From the IMG/VR virus record IMGVR_UViG_3300006872_000012, positions 1 through 47,383 of that record: 47,383 nucleotides of DNA. One strand, 5' to 3'. Position numbers and translations under genes: made by a program. Shown here piece after piece: positions 1 through 10,800 of the stretch; within the stretch, counting starts at the first letter, position 1, and every line of letters begins with the position of its first letter. The stretch comes from a virus (taxonomy: Duplodnaviria; Caudoviricetes). The notes beneath the pieces were generated by a model that saw only the letters and a program-made list of their open reading frames with translations, was not told the DNA's origin and ran no database searches.

Positions 1-54
1 CGCGGCCTCGCGGACGTGCGCGAGCTGGCTCCGGAAGACGTCGCGCTGCGTCAT
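1..54 (-). CDS. 5' end of a hypothetical early protein (runs off the window start)
   Basis: ATG at 54 overlaps the upstream stop (ATGA); translates MTQRDVFRSQLAHVREAA with no stop before base 1. Confidence 0.5.
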   Translation of the reverse strand, partial: MTQRDVFRSQLAHVREAA

Positions 55-287
55 GGCGCACCGCCTTGCGCTGCGAGCGCAGACGGGCCACTCTGGAGTT
101 GTCGCAACTCGTTCTCGGCGAGCAGCTCATCGGCGAGTATCAGGCACCGCGCGACGAGTCCAACTTCGTCGAGCCGCACAGATCCACCCGACAATGCCGC
201 CGTCAGAATGTTCAGCCCGATGCTGAGCCTTTGCCCGACCTCCATGCCTCGCTTGAAATCGGCGAGCCACTTTTCCTCCGACATCAC
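51..287 (-). CDS. Hypothetical early protein
   Basis: GTGA and ATGA coupling with both neighbours; (V)MSEEKWLADFKRG... Confidence 0.6.
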   Translation of the reverse strand: MMSEEKWLADFKRGMEVGQRLSIGLNILTAALSGGSVRLDEVGLVARCLILADELLAENELRQLQSGPSALAAQGGAP

Positions 288-553
288 GGCGCACCGCCCT
301 TCGCTGCCGCCGCATCCGCGGCCTGTGCCTTCTCGGCGGCGATCTTCCGCTGGATCGCCGCTTCCGCGAGGGTCCAGACCTCCTCCGGAGTCGACGACGC
401 GATCCGCGCGAGTCGCGCAACGATCTTGTGGGACGGCACTTGTGATCCGCGTAGGATCGCACTCATTGTGCTCGGCGTGACGCCCGCTCGGTGCGCGACC
501 TTTCCCGATGCGATCGCCCCGCTGAACGCGAGGCGCAGATACTCCAGATCCAT
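284..553 (-). CDS. Cro/XRE-family HTH regulator
   Basis: GGAGG SD; HTH-like KVAHRAGVTPSTMSAILRGSQVPS...VARLA; first gene of the early operon. Confidence 0.75.
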   Translation of the reverse strand: MDLEYLRLAFSGAIASGKVAHRAGVTPSTMSAILRGSQVPSHKIVARLARIASSTPEEVWTLAEAAIQRKIAAEKAQAADAAAAKGGAP

Positions 554-964
554 CCTTCGGACACCTCCAGGGGTGCCCGCCATCGCCACCGATCCCGTGC
601 GACGGGCTGACCGAACTCGTGACACCGCGGCGGACATCGCCATGGGTCGCCTCCACCTCGGCGCGCCGCAGTCCGCGCGCGCCGAAAACCTGGCGATCCC
701 CGCGACGGCCGCCGCTAGGCTTCGGGCGGTTGGCGGCGCGGAATCTCGCGCGAGCGCGGTTCCGGTCGCCTCCCGCGGGTCGAGGCCCAGGGCGCGGGTT
801 CTCGTTGTTCCGCCGCGCCCCATCGGAACGCAACAGAACAATGATTTTGCCGCATCCCTCGGACCTCGACCTCGCGAAGCCCGGCTGAGCGCCGAGCGGA
901 GGATCGAGACTGCACGCCTACTTTCGGTTGGCGCGCGCGGGTATTCAAGCGGAAAACCGCAAAT

Positions 965-1297
965 CTATCGCGGATCGGAGGGCGGATCGGCGGCGACACC
1001 CGCGACAACCGCGCGCCTCCAGCGCACCCGCGCGGTGCGGAGACTCGGACGGTGCCGGTCGCAGCAGGCGCGGCGTCCGAGTTCCAGACACCACGCCTGC
1101 ATCCATGTCGCCTCGAACGCGCGGTCGGCGTGTGCGCCGGTGGCCGCGCGGCAGGGGGTGCAGTAGAGCTGCTCCGGATCGCGACCGATCTCGGTGGGCA
1201 GTCGCGTCTCGCCCGGTGCCGCCGGCGCCGCGGGCCAGAGCTGGAGGATCGGCAGCCACTCCGCGGCCTCTCGGCCGCATCCCGCACAAGCGCTCAC
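965..1297 (-). CDS. Hypothetical protein with two CxxC motifs
   Basis: CAGC and CTPC; GTGA-coupled to the upstream tail gene. Confidence 0.5.
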   Translation of the reverse strand: MSACAGCGREAAEWLPILQLWPAAPAAPGETRLPTEIGRDPEQLYCTPCRAATGAHADRAFEATWMQAWCLELGRRACCDRHRPSLRTARVRWRRAVVAGVAADPPSDPR

Positions 1298-1962
1298 CGC
1301 TCGTACACCAGCTCAATCACCGCGTCAGAGCCGCTGGCGTTGTAGTTGGTCTGCGCGATGACGTTCGTCGCGTCCCAGCGCAGTTCGACGATGTTGCGCG
1401 ACGCCCCCGCCGCCACGGTGGGGAGGGCGATGCCCGTGGTCCCATCGGACATGCTGCCGCCGATGCGGACGTAGGCTCCCTTCGCCGTCGGCATCGAGCT
1501 GATCCCGTGCGCGACGCTCTTCGTGGTGTTGTTCGGCAGGGCGCCGAAGGCGATCAGCTTCCGCCACACGCGGTTCCCCGCCGGGCCGAGGGCCCCGGTG
1601 TCCTGCTCGGTGGTGCTGTGCGGCGCGTTCAGCGGGCGCAGCGTGGCCGACGTCGCGTCCCAGAAGACGACCTGCCGCGTCGCGGCGATCGAGAACCGCT
1701 CGCCCGCGATCGCGTCGCGGAACGTCCAGCCGCCCTCGACGCGGGTCGCCACCTGTCCTTCCATGCTGGAAAAGTCGCCGCTCGCCGTTGCCACGACGAG
1801 CCAGCGATCGCCGACCGCTTCGGACCCGCTCGGCGCCGTCGCCGTCCCCAGGATCGCGTCGCCTGCGGCCGCGACGACGGCTTCGGCCTCGCGCACCAGG
1901 CGCTCGCTGTCGACGGTGGAGCGGACCGAGCGGCCGCCGCGCTGGAAGATCGTGCTGGGCAT
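1294..1962 (-). CDS. DUF2793-containing tail fibre/tip protein
   Basis: GDRWLVVATASGDFSSMEGQVA..GGWTF motif plus fibre-like C-terminus (VWRKLIAFGALPNNTTKSVAHGI). Confidence 0.7.
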   Translation of the reverse strand: MPSTIFQRGGRSVRSTVDSERLVREAEAVVAAAGDAILGTATAPSGSEAVGDRWLVVATASGDFSSMEGQVATRVEGGWTFRDAIAGERFSIAATRQVVFWDATSATLRPLNAPHSTTEQDTGALGPAGNRVWRKLIAFGALPNNTTKSVAHGISSMPTAKGAYVRIGGSMSDGTTGIALPTVAAGASRNIVELRWDATNVIAQTNYNASGSDAVIELVYER

Positions 1963-1964
1963 GG

Positions 1965-2321
1965 TCAGGTGTAGGTGTAGACCGTCTCGAGATCCGTCGC
2001 GCCGCCCGTGCCGAGGATGTAGATCTTCTTGTCGGCGAGATTGGTGAACGCCTCACCAATGCGCAGCGCGCGGGGGAACTGCCACCCGTTGTTGTAATAA
2101 GCGATCATGTTCGCGGGCTGACCGCCCCAGGCGCCGGTGGGAGATGCGCCGACCAAGTAGGCCTTGCCGTTGGTCGGCGATCCCGGGGGCGAGTTCTGCT
2201 TGGCCTCGACGACGAGGTAGCCGCAGAGGGCCAGCGCGTCGATCGCATCATTCACGGTCGGTTCGGCGCCGTCCTGCCCCTCGTCGAGGTATGGGGCGCC
2301 TGCGGTCGGGTCATTCGCCAT
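1965..2321 (-). CDS. DUF2793 family protein
   Basis: PYLDEGQ...VNDAIDAL, PPGSPTNGKAYLVGASPTGAWGGQ..IAYYNNGWQF; usual position after a GTA-like hub gene. Confidence 0.85.
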   Translation of the reverse strand: MANDPTAGAPYLDEGQDGAEPTVNDAIDALALCGYLVVEAKQNSPPGSPTNGKAYLVGASPTGAWGGQPANMIAYYNNGWQFPRALRIGEAFTNLADKKIYILGTGGATDLETVYTYT

Positions 2322-2324
2322 GGC

Positions 2325-5138
2325 TCAGTAGGCTCCAATCTCGCAGGTCGCCCAGTTGCCCTGCTTCAGGGCCTTGCCGACCTGGCGAATGCGGAAGAAG
2401 AACGCCTGTCCGAGCGTCCCGGCGGACGACTGCTGGGACTCGGAGAAGTTGTGCGTGCGGTAGGTCGGGAACTGGTCGTCGCCGTGGTCCTCGTCCGCCG
2501 CGGTGACCTTGATCGTCGCCAGCAGCGACGCCATCGCCGAGCTTGCGTAGACCTCGATGACGTAGCGGTCCGGCTCGAACTCGAGCACGAGGTGGTGCGG
2601 CTCCTTCTTCCAGGGCGACTGGAAGGGCGCGCGCGTGCGGTGATACCAGCGCAGCTTGACGTTCTTGCCCGTGGGCCCGGTGCCGTCGCGGTACGCCTGG
2701 AAGCGCGCGGGCCGGAAGGGGCGCATGCTCTCGCCGGTGATCTCGATCGAGCGCTCGGTCGCGTCGACGAGGTCCTGGCCGTACGGCAGCGGCTTGAAGT
2801 AGAGCGTCTTGCCGACCTTGCCCGTCGAGCGCTTCACGAACGTCAGGTTGTCCGGATCGAGCTGCAGCCACTCCTCAGACGCGTAGGCCGTCGAAACGAC
2901 GGGGTGCGCGCAGTGGTCGCCCGTGTCCATGAGGCCCCGCAGCAGGCCGGTCAGCTTGAAGACGCCGGGGTTCACGGCGAGCGAAATCTTGACCGTGTCG
3001 GCGACCGGACCCTCGGGCGTCAGCGGCTCGGTGTCGGTGATCGAGAACGCGATCGTGTCCGCGAGCAGGCCGTCCACGCGCCGGAGCAGGGTCTTGTTCG
3101 CCGCTTCGCCGAACCCAACGACCTGGATGTAGTCGCCGACCGCGAGGATCGTCGTGAAGTCCACGCCCGCGTTGTTGCGCTTCAGGAAGAAGCCGGTGCC
3201 CCCGACCTCCATGCCCAGGCCGGTCAGGTCGTGCGTCGTGCCGGAGAGCGGCGTGGACGTCCGATAGGCGAGCACCTCCCCGTTCGCGAACGCCAGCCAG
3301 TAGCGGCGGTCGCTGTAGACGTCGAGCTTGCTCGGCGCCGATGCCAGCTCGCCTTCGCAGCAGAGCACGGTGAGTTCGGTCTCTTCGTCCCAGTACCCGC
3401 CGCGGCCGGCGCCGGTGTCCCGGAGGTAGAAGTAGTTGGCGCCCTTCCAGGCGACGTTTAGCACCTTTCCCATCACCGCCTCGGACTGGGCGGCCCCCTT
3501 CTTCACCTCGTAGTACGGGCCCCCGGAGACCTCGGCGACGAAGATCCGGTGCGAGATCCAGGCCGCGCTCGGGTCCTTCGCGCAGACGCCGAAGGCGATG
3601 ACCGCCTCGTCCAAATGGTCCTTCTTCAGCGGGGGCAGGTTGAGCGCGATCGCCGTGACGTCGGGCGGGACGTACGCCTCGAGCAGGTCGTCGAGTTCGT
3701 CCTCGTCGGACAGCACGCCGTCCTCGGGATCGTCGTCGACCACCGGCACGTTGCCGAGGTTGCCGGCCGAGCTCGAGAGGATCGGTTCGGCGCCGTTCCG
3801 CACGTCGTCGACCGTCCCGCGGATCTCGTAGGACCAGTCCGCCCCGCGCTCGGCCTTCAGCGCGCGGACGTAGAAGACCTGGCCGTCCTTCGGCACCGCC
3901 CACACGTCGCCCGCGAGCCCGTGGCTGTACTTCGCCCACGGCACCCGGAACGACAGCTCATCGCGGAGCTGCAGCGGCTCGTAGAGGCGCCGCCGCGCGA
4001 CCATGCGCGCGGCCTTGCGCGAGAGCACGACGGGCAGGTCCGCGCTCGCCGCGTTCTCGCCTGGCGGCGCGTCGTTGATGGTCTCGTGCACGCTGGCGAC
4101 CTGGTAGCCGCTCTTCGGATCGCGGTAGCCGAGCGTCAGCTCCGAGGGGACGCTGAAGTCGCTGCGGTCCTCCAGCAGCGCGGGTCGATCGCGGCTCGGT
4201 TCTCCGGTCACGGCCTCGAGGTCGGCCGCGTCGACGACGATGACGGGCTCGGTTCCGCGGTCGAAGAAGTGGAGCTTGCCCTCGCGCGGCTGCGCCTGGA
4301 TGTCGTACGTCGCCATGAGCGTCTCGATCATCCGCAGCGGGCTCTCGTACCCGTCGACCTGGAGGCCGAGCATCGGGTAGACGCTGTCCTCCTGCTCGGG
4401 CGAGAGGTTCGCGCCGGTCGCCGCGCTCGTGTCGATGTCGTCGTCCGGGTCGCGGTCCTTGATCCGCGACCAGATGGCGCGCACCGCATCGCCGACGTGG
4501 AAGGGGCTCGGGTTGGGTTGGAGCACCGCGTCGATCTGCTGCGGGAAGTTCCCGCCCCAGTCGTCGAGCCGCAGGCCTCGGATGTAGGCGACGACCGTGC
4601 CGCGGAAGCCTGGGACCTTGTCGGTGCCGAAGATGTCCTCGAGCCAGGCCTGGACGTTCGCGTCGTCGCCGCCGAGGGAGATGACGACGGAGTCCCACAG
4701 CTTGTCGTACTGGTCTTCCTTGCCGAACTCCCAGATACGCTTCCCGTTGGCCTTGATGCGGTCGACGCGATGGATCTTCGAGAGTCCGTCAGTTCCCTCG
4801 AACGCCTCGCCGAACGCGACGACCAGGTCCGCGGTATAGGTGTACTGCGTGCTGCTGACGCCGCCGCCTCCGCCGCCCTTGCCGCCGCCCCCGCCGCCGG
4901 CGCTGATCTTCTGCTTGTGCTCCTTCTTCCGGCTGTAGACGATCGTGCCGTTGACCCGCGCGTGGCGCCCAGTGAAGCGCCACTTCGGCGCGCCCTCGGT
5001 GACGCGCGCGGGCTTCAAGTCGTCGTTGCGCTGGCCGTCGACCTTCCCGGACTCGCTCGCCTGCTGCGAGTTGATGTAGCTCGCCGCGGCGTAGGTCGCT
5101 GCCGCATTCGCAGCAAACTGGAACGTGACGTTACCCAT
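2325..5138 (-). CDS. Tail hub / host-specificity protein (RcGTA g15-like)
   Basis: YTYTADLVVAFGE, RIKANGK, PGFRG..YI..LRLDDWGGNFP, LTGLLRGL motifs; follows the NlpC/P60 gene. Confidence 0.85.
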   Translation of the reverse strand: MGNVTFQFAANAAATYAAASYINSQQASESGKVDGQRNDDLKPARVTEGAPKWRFTGRHARVNGTIVYSRKKEHKQKISAGGGGGGKGGGGGGVSSTQYTYTADLVVAFGEAFEGTDGLSKIHRVDRIKANGKRIWEFGKEDQYDKLWDSVVISLGGDDANVQAWLEDIFGTDKVPGFRGTVVAYIRGLRLDDWGGNFPQQIDAVLQPNPSPFHVGDAVRAIWSRIKDRDPDDDIDTSAATGANLSPEQEDSVYPMLGLQVDGYESPLRMIETLMATYDIQAQPREGKLHFFDRGTEPVIVVDAADLEAVTGEPSRDRPALLEDRSDFSVPSELTLGYRDPKSGYQVASVHETINDAPPGENAASADLPVVLSRKAARMVARRRLYEPLQLRDELSFRVPWAKYSHGLAGDVWAVPKDGQVFYVRALKAERGADWSYEIRGTVDDVRNGAEPILSSSAGNLGNVPVVDDDPEDGVLSDEDELDDLLEAYVPPDVTAIALNLPPLKKDHLDEAVIAFGVCAKDPSAAWISHRIFVAEVSGGPYYEVKKGAAQSEAVMGKVLNVAWKGANYFYLRDTGAGRGGYWDEETELTVLCCEGELASAPSKLDVYSDRRYWLAFANGEVLAYRTSTPLSGTTHDLTGLGMEVGGTGFFLKRNNAGVDFTTILAVGDYIQVVGFGEAANKTLLRRVDGLLADTIAFSITDTEPLTPEGPVADTVKISLAVNPGVFKLTGLLRGLMDTGDHCAHPVVSTAYASEEWLQLDPDNLTFVKRSTGKVGKTLYFKPLPYGQDLVDATERSIEITGESMRPFRPARFQAYRDGTGPTGKNVKLRWYHRTRAPFQSPWKKEPHHLVLEFEPDRYVIEVYASSAMASLLATIKVTAADEDHGDDQFPTYRTHNFSESQQSSAGTLGQAFFFRIRQVGKALKQGNWATCEIGAY

Positions 5139-5562
5139 CGCCCACCCCCGCAAAGCGGTACGCCGCGACCGCGTCCTTCCACTCGTCGGGGCCGAGGCGC
5201 GATTCGCAGACGCGCCGCGCGGGCAGGCTCGCGTGCACCATCCGATCCTCGGCCACGAGGATGCCGTAGTGCTGCGGGCGGCGGCGGACGCGGAACTCGA
5301 CGGCGTCGCCCGGGATCGCGGCGCCGATCGCGTTCAGCGGCTCGAACCAGGCGAGCGCGCGCCCGCGCGCGGCGACGCCCACCGACTCGGAGCTGTATTC
5401 CGCGAGGTCCGGCACCTCGAGGCCCGCCGCGCGCCCCGCGGCGAACAGCAGGCCGTAGCAGTCGAGGCCCTGCGGCGTGCGGCCGTGCCACCAGAACCGC
5501 ACGTCGACGAGCTTGCGCGCCTCGGCGATGATGGAGCGGCGAATGGCGGAGAGGGGGCGCAC
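5131..5562 (-). CDS. NlpC/P60 tail-associated peptidase
   Basis: HGRTPQGLDCYGL (catalytic Cys), HYGI, MVHA; GTA g14 position. Confidence 0.9.
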   Translation of the reverse strand: MRPLSAIRRSIIAEARKLVDVRFWWHGRTPQGLDCYGLLFAAGRAAGLEVPDLAEYSSESVGVAARGRALAWFEPLNAIGAAIPGDAVEFRVRRRPQHYGILVAEDRMVHASLPARRVCESRLGPDEWKDAVAAYRFAGVGDG

Positions 5563-5563
5563 G

Positions 5564-6466
5564 TCAGTTCTTCGCCGTCGGCGCCTTCGTATAGTGGTCC
5601 GCGGGCTTCATCCAGGGGTAGCCACCGAAGTTGGGGACGTTGTCGAACTTCGTGAAGCACGTCGACTTCAACTTGTCGCAGCCGGGCTCGACGCGGAACG
5701 TGTCGCCCGGCGCGATGTCGTAGGGCGTCTTGGTCCAGAGCTCGACCTCGCCGTTCGCCTGCAGCGAGCGCCGCACGTCGTAGCCGTTCATCTGGTTGAT
5801 CGCGTTGTTGCCGGTGAGCCAGTAGAGGCGACCGAACTGCCACCACTTGTCCGGCTGCCCCGTGAGGTCCGACCGGAAGCGCTGCCGCGGGTGCGCATCG
5901 GACCAGCCCGCGACGGAGTCGACCGTCTTGGTGCCGCTGCCGATCAGGGACAGGTCGACCTTGCAGCGCGCGTCCCCGAGCCGGTGCCGGCACATGCGTG
6001 TGTAGGTGCCGCCCACGTTGACGTCGGCCACGCTCGCGATCCCGAGCCACTGGATCGTGATCTGCTCGCCCGACGCGCTGACCTCGCCTGCGATGAAGCG
6101 CTCGTAGCTGTAGCGGATCCAGGGGAAGCGCCAGTCCACGACGTACAGGTGCAGCTCGGCCTTGCGGTAGAGGCCGATGCGGACGTCCTCCGCCGTGATC
6201 GCCTCGACGTGGAGGGGGCCAGTGCTGGAGGTGCTGGCGGGGGAGACGCCCGACTCGTGGCTCGCGCTCTCGGGCGAGGGCGCGCCCACGGGCTCGAACC
6301 ACTCGAGGAGCGGGACATCGAGCGTGCCGACGTTGACCTGGAGGCGGCTGTTGTGCGTGGTGAAGCGCACGAACGAGGCGTCCGCGCGCTCGATGCGGTA
6401 CGCGAGCGCCAGGCGCTGCGCCTTCCGCGCCTTCAGCTCTTGGACCAGCGGCGCGTGCGTCAGCAT
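5564..6466 (-). CDS. DUF2163/BR0599 tail-tip protein
   Basis: FTTHN, CRHRLGDARC, GCDK...C..KFDNVPNFGGYP. Confidence 0.9.
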   Translation of the reverse strand: MLTHAPLVQELKARKAQRLALAYRIERADASFVRFTTHNSRLQVNVGTLDVPLLEWFEPVGAPSPESASHESGVSPASTSSTGPLHVEAITAEDVRIGLYRKAELHLYVVDWRFPWIRYSYERFIAGEVSASGEQITIQWLGIASVADVNVGGTYTRMCRHRLGDARCKVDLSLIGSGTKTVDSVAGWSDAHPRQRFRSDLTGQPDKWWQFGRLYWLTGNNAINQMNGYDVRRSLQANGEVELWTKTPYDIAPGDTFRVEPGCDKLKSTCFTKFDNVPNFGGYPWMKPADHYTKAPTAKN

Positions 6467-6807
6467 CACAGCACCGCCCGAATCGTGATGCGCCACTGAT
6501 CGACATCGGCGCCGTCGCGGTCCGCGAGGTAGGCGACCAGCGACGATCCCGCCGCGAGATCGGCGATCTCGGTGCCATCGGGCGTCTGAATCTCGATCGG
6601 CTGCGAGCCCGTGTTTGCGGCGTAGATGTGCGGTCCGCCTTCGCGGATGTGTGGGCAGCCGAAGACCGGGTCCGGGAAGCGTGCGATCGCGCCCCCCGCG
6701 GTTGGGTGGAGCACCCACACGCGCGCGAGATCTGGATGCAGCAGGACGGCCGCCGCGAAGGACGTCACCCGCTTGCTGCCGCCGAAGGACTTCGCGAACG
6801 AGATCAT
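6466..6807 (-). CDS. Tail-tip protein, apparent paralogue of the Dit C-terminal domain
   Basis: Coupled ORF sharing a GGS..ARV..P..GA..GGP..N.G.Q pattern with the upstream gene. Confidence 0.65.
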   Translation of the reverse strand: MISFAKSFGGSKRVTSFAAAVLLHPDLARVWVLHPTAGGAIARFPDPVFGCPHIREGGPHIYAANTGSQPIEIQTPDGTEIADLAAGSSLVAYLADRDGADVDQWRITIRAVL

Positions 6808-6820
6808 GCGCGCTGCGTCC

Positions 6821-7828
6821 TCAGAACCGATACCACTTCGGCGCGGCCGCAGCGTCCGGGCCGATCCAGAGCTGCGCGGCCTGGCCGGGCGTCAGCGTGA
6901 ACAGCGTGGTCACCACGACCGGGTCTCCGCGCTGCTCCTTGACCGCGAGGTTCTGCGCGCCCGAGGCGTTCAGGATCGCGAGCAGCGGGCCGCCGTGCGG
7001 AAGGTCGTCGATGACCGGCAGCAGCGCGAACGCGCCCGTGTTGGTCGGCGCGATGACGTTCACGCGGGCGCCGAGCGACACCGGAACGCCGACGCTCGCG
7101 CCCGGCGTCGCGTAGGGCGCGCTGCCGCCGTAGGGGAAGTCCTCCGGCGTGTCGGCGTCGTCCAGCATCTCGATCAGCGGGATGTCGCCCAGGCTCGAGA
7201 CGCCGAAGTTGTCGATGTCGGCGATGAGCCCGCCGTCGCCGACCTCGACGCCAAAGCGCACCGGCACGTCGAACTCGAAGCCGGCGGTCACGCTCGCGGC
7301 GGCGGACGGCGCCACGGCGAACGTCACGAGCCCGGTGGTCGTGTCGACCGTGAAGTCCGATCCGATCGTCTTCTCGACGCCGGCAACCGCGACCCGCACC
7401 GTGCCCGCGACGGGCTTGCGGATGGTCCGGACGTGCGAGCTCGCGGCGTCCGTGTAGCGCTTGACGAGCTGGAAGGCGACCGTCGTGCCGTCGCCCGTGC
7501 CGAGAACCTGGTCAGTGGGGGTGGGCGCCGCGCCCGTGTCGTCGGCGTTGCCCCAGGTCCGCCCCGCAAGGGTCGAGGTGTAGTCCTGCAGGTCCTGGTA
7601 CCGGAAGCCGTTCGCGAGCCCGCCGCGCGCCAGGTAGAAGCGGTGCACGGTCGCGATGTCGGTGTGCTTCAGCCGCTTGGCCGCGTTGTAGCGCCGTCGC
7701 GCGGCCGAGTAGCGCACCGTGACGACGTCCTGCCCGGAGTCCGGCGTCAGCACATCGGCGGGGAGAGCGGGCCCGCCCTGCGTGCCCTTGGTGACCTCGG
7801 TCGGGAACCGGATCTCGTGGAAGCCCAT
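6821..7828 (-). CDS. Distal tail protein, DUF2460/TIGR02217 family, with C-terminal extension
   Basis: MGFHEIRFP..GGP, F.ARGG..GFR, FQLVKRY, TAGFEFDVPVRF. Confidence 0.9.
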   Translation of the reverse strand: MGFHEIRFPTEVTKGTQGGPALPADVLTPDSGQDVVTVRYSAARRRYNAAKRLKHTDIATVHRFYLARGGLANGFRYQDLQDYTSTLAGRTWGNADDTGAAPTPTDQVLGTGDGTTVAFQLVKRYTDAASSHVRTIRKPVAGTVRVAVAGVEKTIGSDFTVDTTTGLVTFAVAPSAAASVTAGFEFDVPVRFGVEVGDGGLIADIDNFGVSSLGDIPLIEMLDDADTPEDFPYGGSAPYATPGASVGVPVSLGARVNVIAPTNTGAFALLPVIDDLPHGGPLLAILNASGAQNLAVKEQRGDPVVVTTLFTLTPGQAAQLWIGPDAAAAPKWYRF

Positions 7829-7833
7829 CGCGC

Positions 7834-10800
7834 TCAGGTCCTCCGGGACTGCTGCCGCTTCTGGACGCGGCGCTGCTCGACGGCGAGGCTCGAGGCCTGG
7901 CGGCGGAAGCCAACCGTGTCCGGGGTGCGGATGTTCTGCGTGACGCTGACCTGGACGACGTCGCCGCCGCGGCCGCCGCCACCCGAGACCTCGACGCCGA
8001 GCCGCCCGCCGCGGCCGCGCCGGAGCGGCAGGATCGCCTCCGGCCCGTCCTCGCCCAGCGTGCCGATGCGCCCGCCGGCGAGCGGGAAGGCGGCGAACTG
8101 GTCGACGATGCCGCCGTTCGCGTGCGGGACGAGCCGGCCGTGCCGGAAGACGTTGCCGCGGCTGGAATTCAGGGCCCCGCCGGCGATGTAGCCGAGCAGG
8201 GCGCCCGCTACGAAGCCAATCGCGGTGCCCAGGCCGGGCGCGATCGCGGTGCCCACCTGGGCGCCCGAGGCGGCTCCCGTGGCCGCGGTGCCCAGCGCCG
8301 CACGCTCCGGGACCGGCTGGGAGGTCGGCTGGACCGAGGCCTGCGCATCGACCGCGGTGGAGCCGGATGGCACCGAGGGCGCCGTGGCGGCGAGCTGGTT
8401 GACGCCCAGCAGCGCGCTTCCGCCGCCCGTGCTGCTGTTCGGCACGTTGGTGGGCGCGTTGCCCCCTCCGAAGGCGCTGGCGAGCCCGGCGAGGCTCTGC
8501 GCGCTCGCGCCGAGGTTGGCACCGCCCGCGGCCGGCAGGCCCGGCACGAGGCCCTGGGCGAGGTTCACCACGGCGGCCTGGATGTTCACCACCCCGGCCT
8601 GCTGGGCGGAGAAAACGCCCCCGACGGTCGCCGCGGCGCCAGCGCCAGCCTGGCCGAGGACGTCCGCCGGGGACGGGTTGGAGGTGGGGGGCGCAGCCGG
8701 CGCGGTGGGTGCGTCGGCGCCGAAGAGCCCGCCGAAGGCGCCGGCGAGGCCCGTGGTCGCGGCGTCGGTGGCGGGCTTCGTGACGAGGTTGTGGAACACG
8801 CCCTTGCCGATCTCGCTGGCGAGGTCGAGCAGCGCGTCCCGGAAGTTGATCGTGGCCGCGTGGCCCTTGATGAGCCGCTCGACCGTGTCGTCGAGGGCGG
8901 AGCCGACGGGGTTGACGAGGGCCTCGGCGAAGTCGCGGGAGGCCTCGATCGCCTCCCTCTGCGCGTCGGCCCGGGCCAGCTCGGCGTTGTATTCGCCGAT
9001 GGCGGTGCGCGCCGCGTCGCTGCCCTCGCCGAACGCGATGTTCGCCTGCGTCGCGAACTCGACCTCCTTGCGGTACCGCGCAGCCTCCGCGGCGGACAAG
9101 CCGAGGGTCTCCGCCTCGAGCCGCAGGTCCTTCCGCAGCCGCGTCACCGCCTCGTCGGCGCTCCGGACGGCCTGCGTGATCGCATCGGACTCGCGCTTCG
9201 CCGCTTCCTGGGCCGCCTCCTGCGCGATCCGCAGCCCCTCGCTCTCGCCTTCCAGCTCCGAGATGGCGCCTTCCGCGGCGCGCGCACCCTCCGCAAGCTG
9301 GTAGAGGTTGGTCGCGAACGCCTGGGTCCGTGCGCCGACGTCGCTCGCGCTGAGCCCGGCCTTGAGCAGGGTCTGGCGGAACTCCTCGATGCGTGCGAAG
9401 TCGGACTGCACCTGTTGGTCGAGCCCAACGAGCGAACGCTCGAAAGCCAGGGCGGACTCGGCCTCGAATGCGGCGTTGAGCGCCTCGATCTGCTCCCGCT
9501 CCTTCTCAGCGGCGCGCGTGGTCGCTTCGATCGCATCGAGGATGCGGGACTGGGCAGCGGTGGCCGCGTTCAGGGCCTCGATGTTGGGGGCGGCGCCGTT
9601 GACGGCATCGCTGGCGTTGTTCCCGGCGACCTCGATTTCCGCGATGATCTTCTTGAACCGCCGAGCAGTGTCCTCGTCGAAAACTCCGAGCCGCTTGATC
9701 AGCGTCTCGTCTCCCGAGCCTTCGAGCAACGGCTTCGCGAAGGCCTCGACGATGTCGTTGGCGGCCTTCCGGGCCGCGGCACTCCCATCCTCGCTCAGCG
9801 CCTTGAGCGTTTCGAGCACCTGCTCGGCGAACTCCCTCGACGCCTTGGACGCGGCCACCCCGGCACGCTGACTGATGATGTTGCCCGACTTGAGCGCGGC
9901 CTCCCCGAGCTTCTCGATCTGGGCGAGTTGCGCCTTGCTATTGGCGCTCAGCGATGCGGCGGGCGAATCGGCAATGAAGGCGGTTCGCTGAATCGCGGAG
10001 AATGGGGCCAGGAAGCCCGCCACGTCGCGATTTCGCCCCCCTGATTCTCCGTTGCGCAGCTCGTCGAGCTTGCGCACCAGCTCCGACAGTGTCGGGATGG
10101 CAAGGGAGGCCCCGACTACGAGCGCCGATATCGGGTTCGTAGCCGCCGCAGCTCGAAGGGCCAAGATTCCCCGAGTCGTGGCTGCGATTCCAGCAACGAT
10201 CGGTCGCGCAACGAAGGCCGTCACAAGTCCGCCCCCGACGAGCTCGATCGAGCGCGCAAGAAGGGTCATGTCGCGGTCCTTCCCTGAGAGATCGTCGATG
10301 ATCTCGCGAGCAACGCCAAGCGCGCCAACGACGACCTGCTCCCCGCCCGCATCGCGAAGCGAGAGCAGGAGGTCCTCGTAGGCGTTCTGGATTGCCTTGA
10401 TCGCCTCGCTCGCGTCACGAGCATCCTTGCTCGTTGCGACCTTGATGAAACGCTCGAACTCCTCGGCGAGATCGCCAACGGCCCCGGCGTTGCGGATCAG
10501 CGCGAGAGCCGTCGCCGAATTGCCGTCACCGAAGATGCGACCGGCGGCCGCGGCATCGAGTTGCGCGCGCTGGAGCCGCTGCAGGATCTCGGCGAAGGAG
10601 TGGCCATGCACGTCGATGTCGTCGAGCGTGAGCCCGTAGTCCTTCAGCGTCGCGACCGCTTCCTTGGTCGGGCTGACCATGGCATTGAAGATGCCGGCCA
10701 GGTCCCGGCCCGTCGTCGTCGCGTTCTGTCCCTCGTCATCGAGAACGTTGAGCGCAGCTCCGAACTCCGCGATTCCGATTCCAGCCTTGCGGGCCTCCGG

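Noticed and set aside
798-839. LexA box (GAAC-N4-GTTC or GAAC-N7-GAAC)
   Set aside because: Spacings here are N5 and N6, and the orientation does not match
2325-7828. Gene transfer agent rather than phage
   Set aside because: The tail tip is GTA-like, but the element has its own replication, recombination and P22-type head genes
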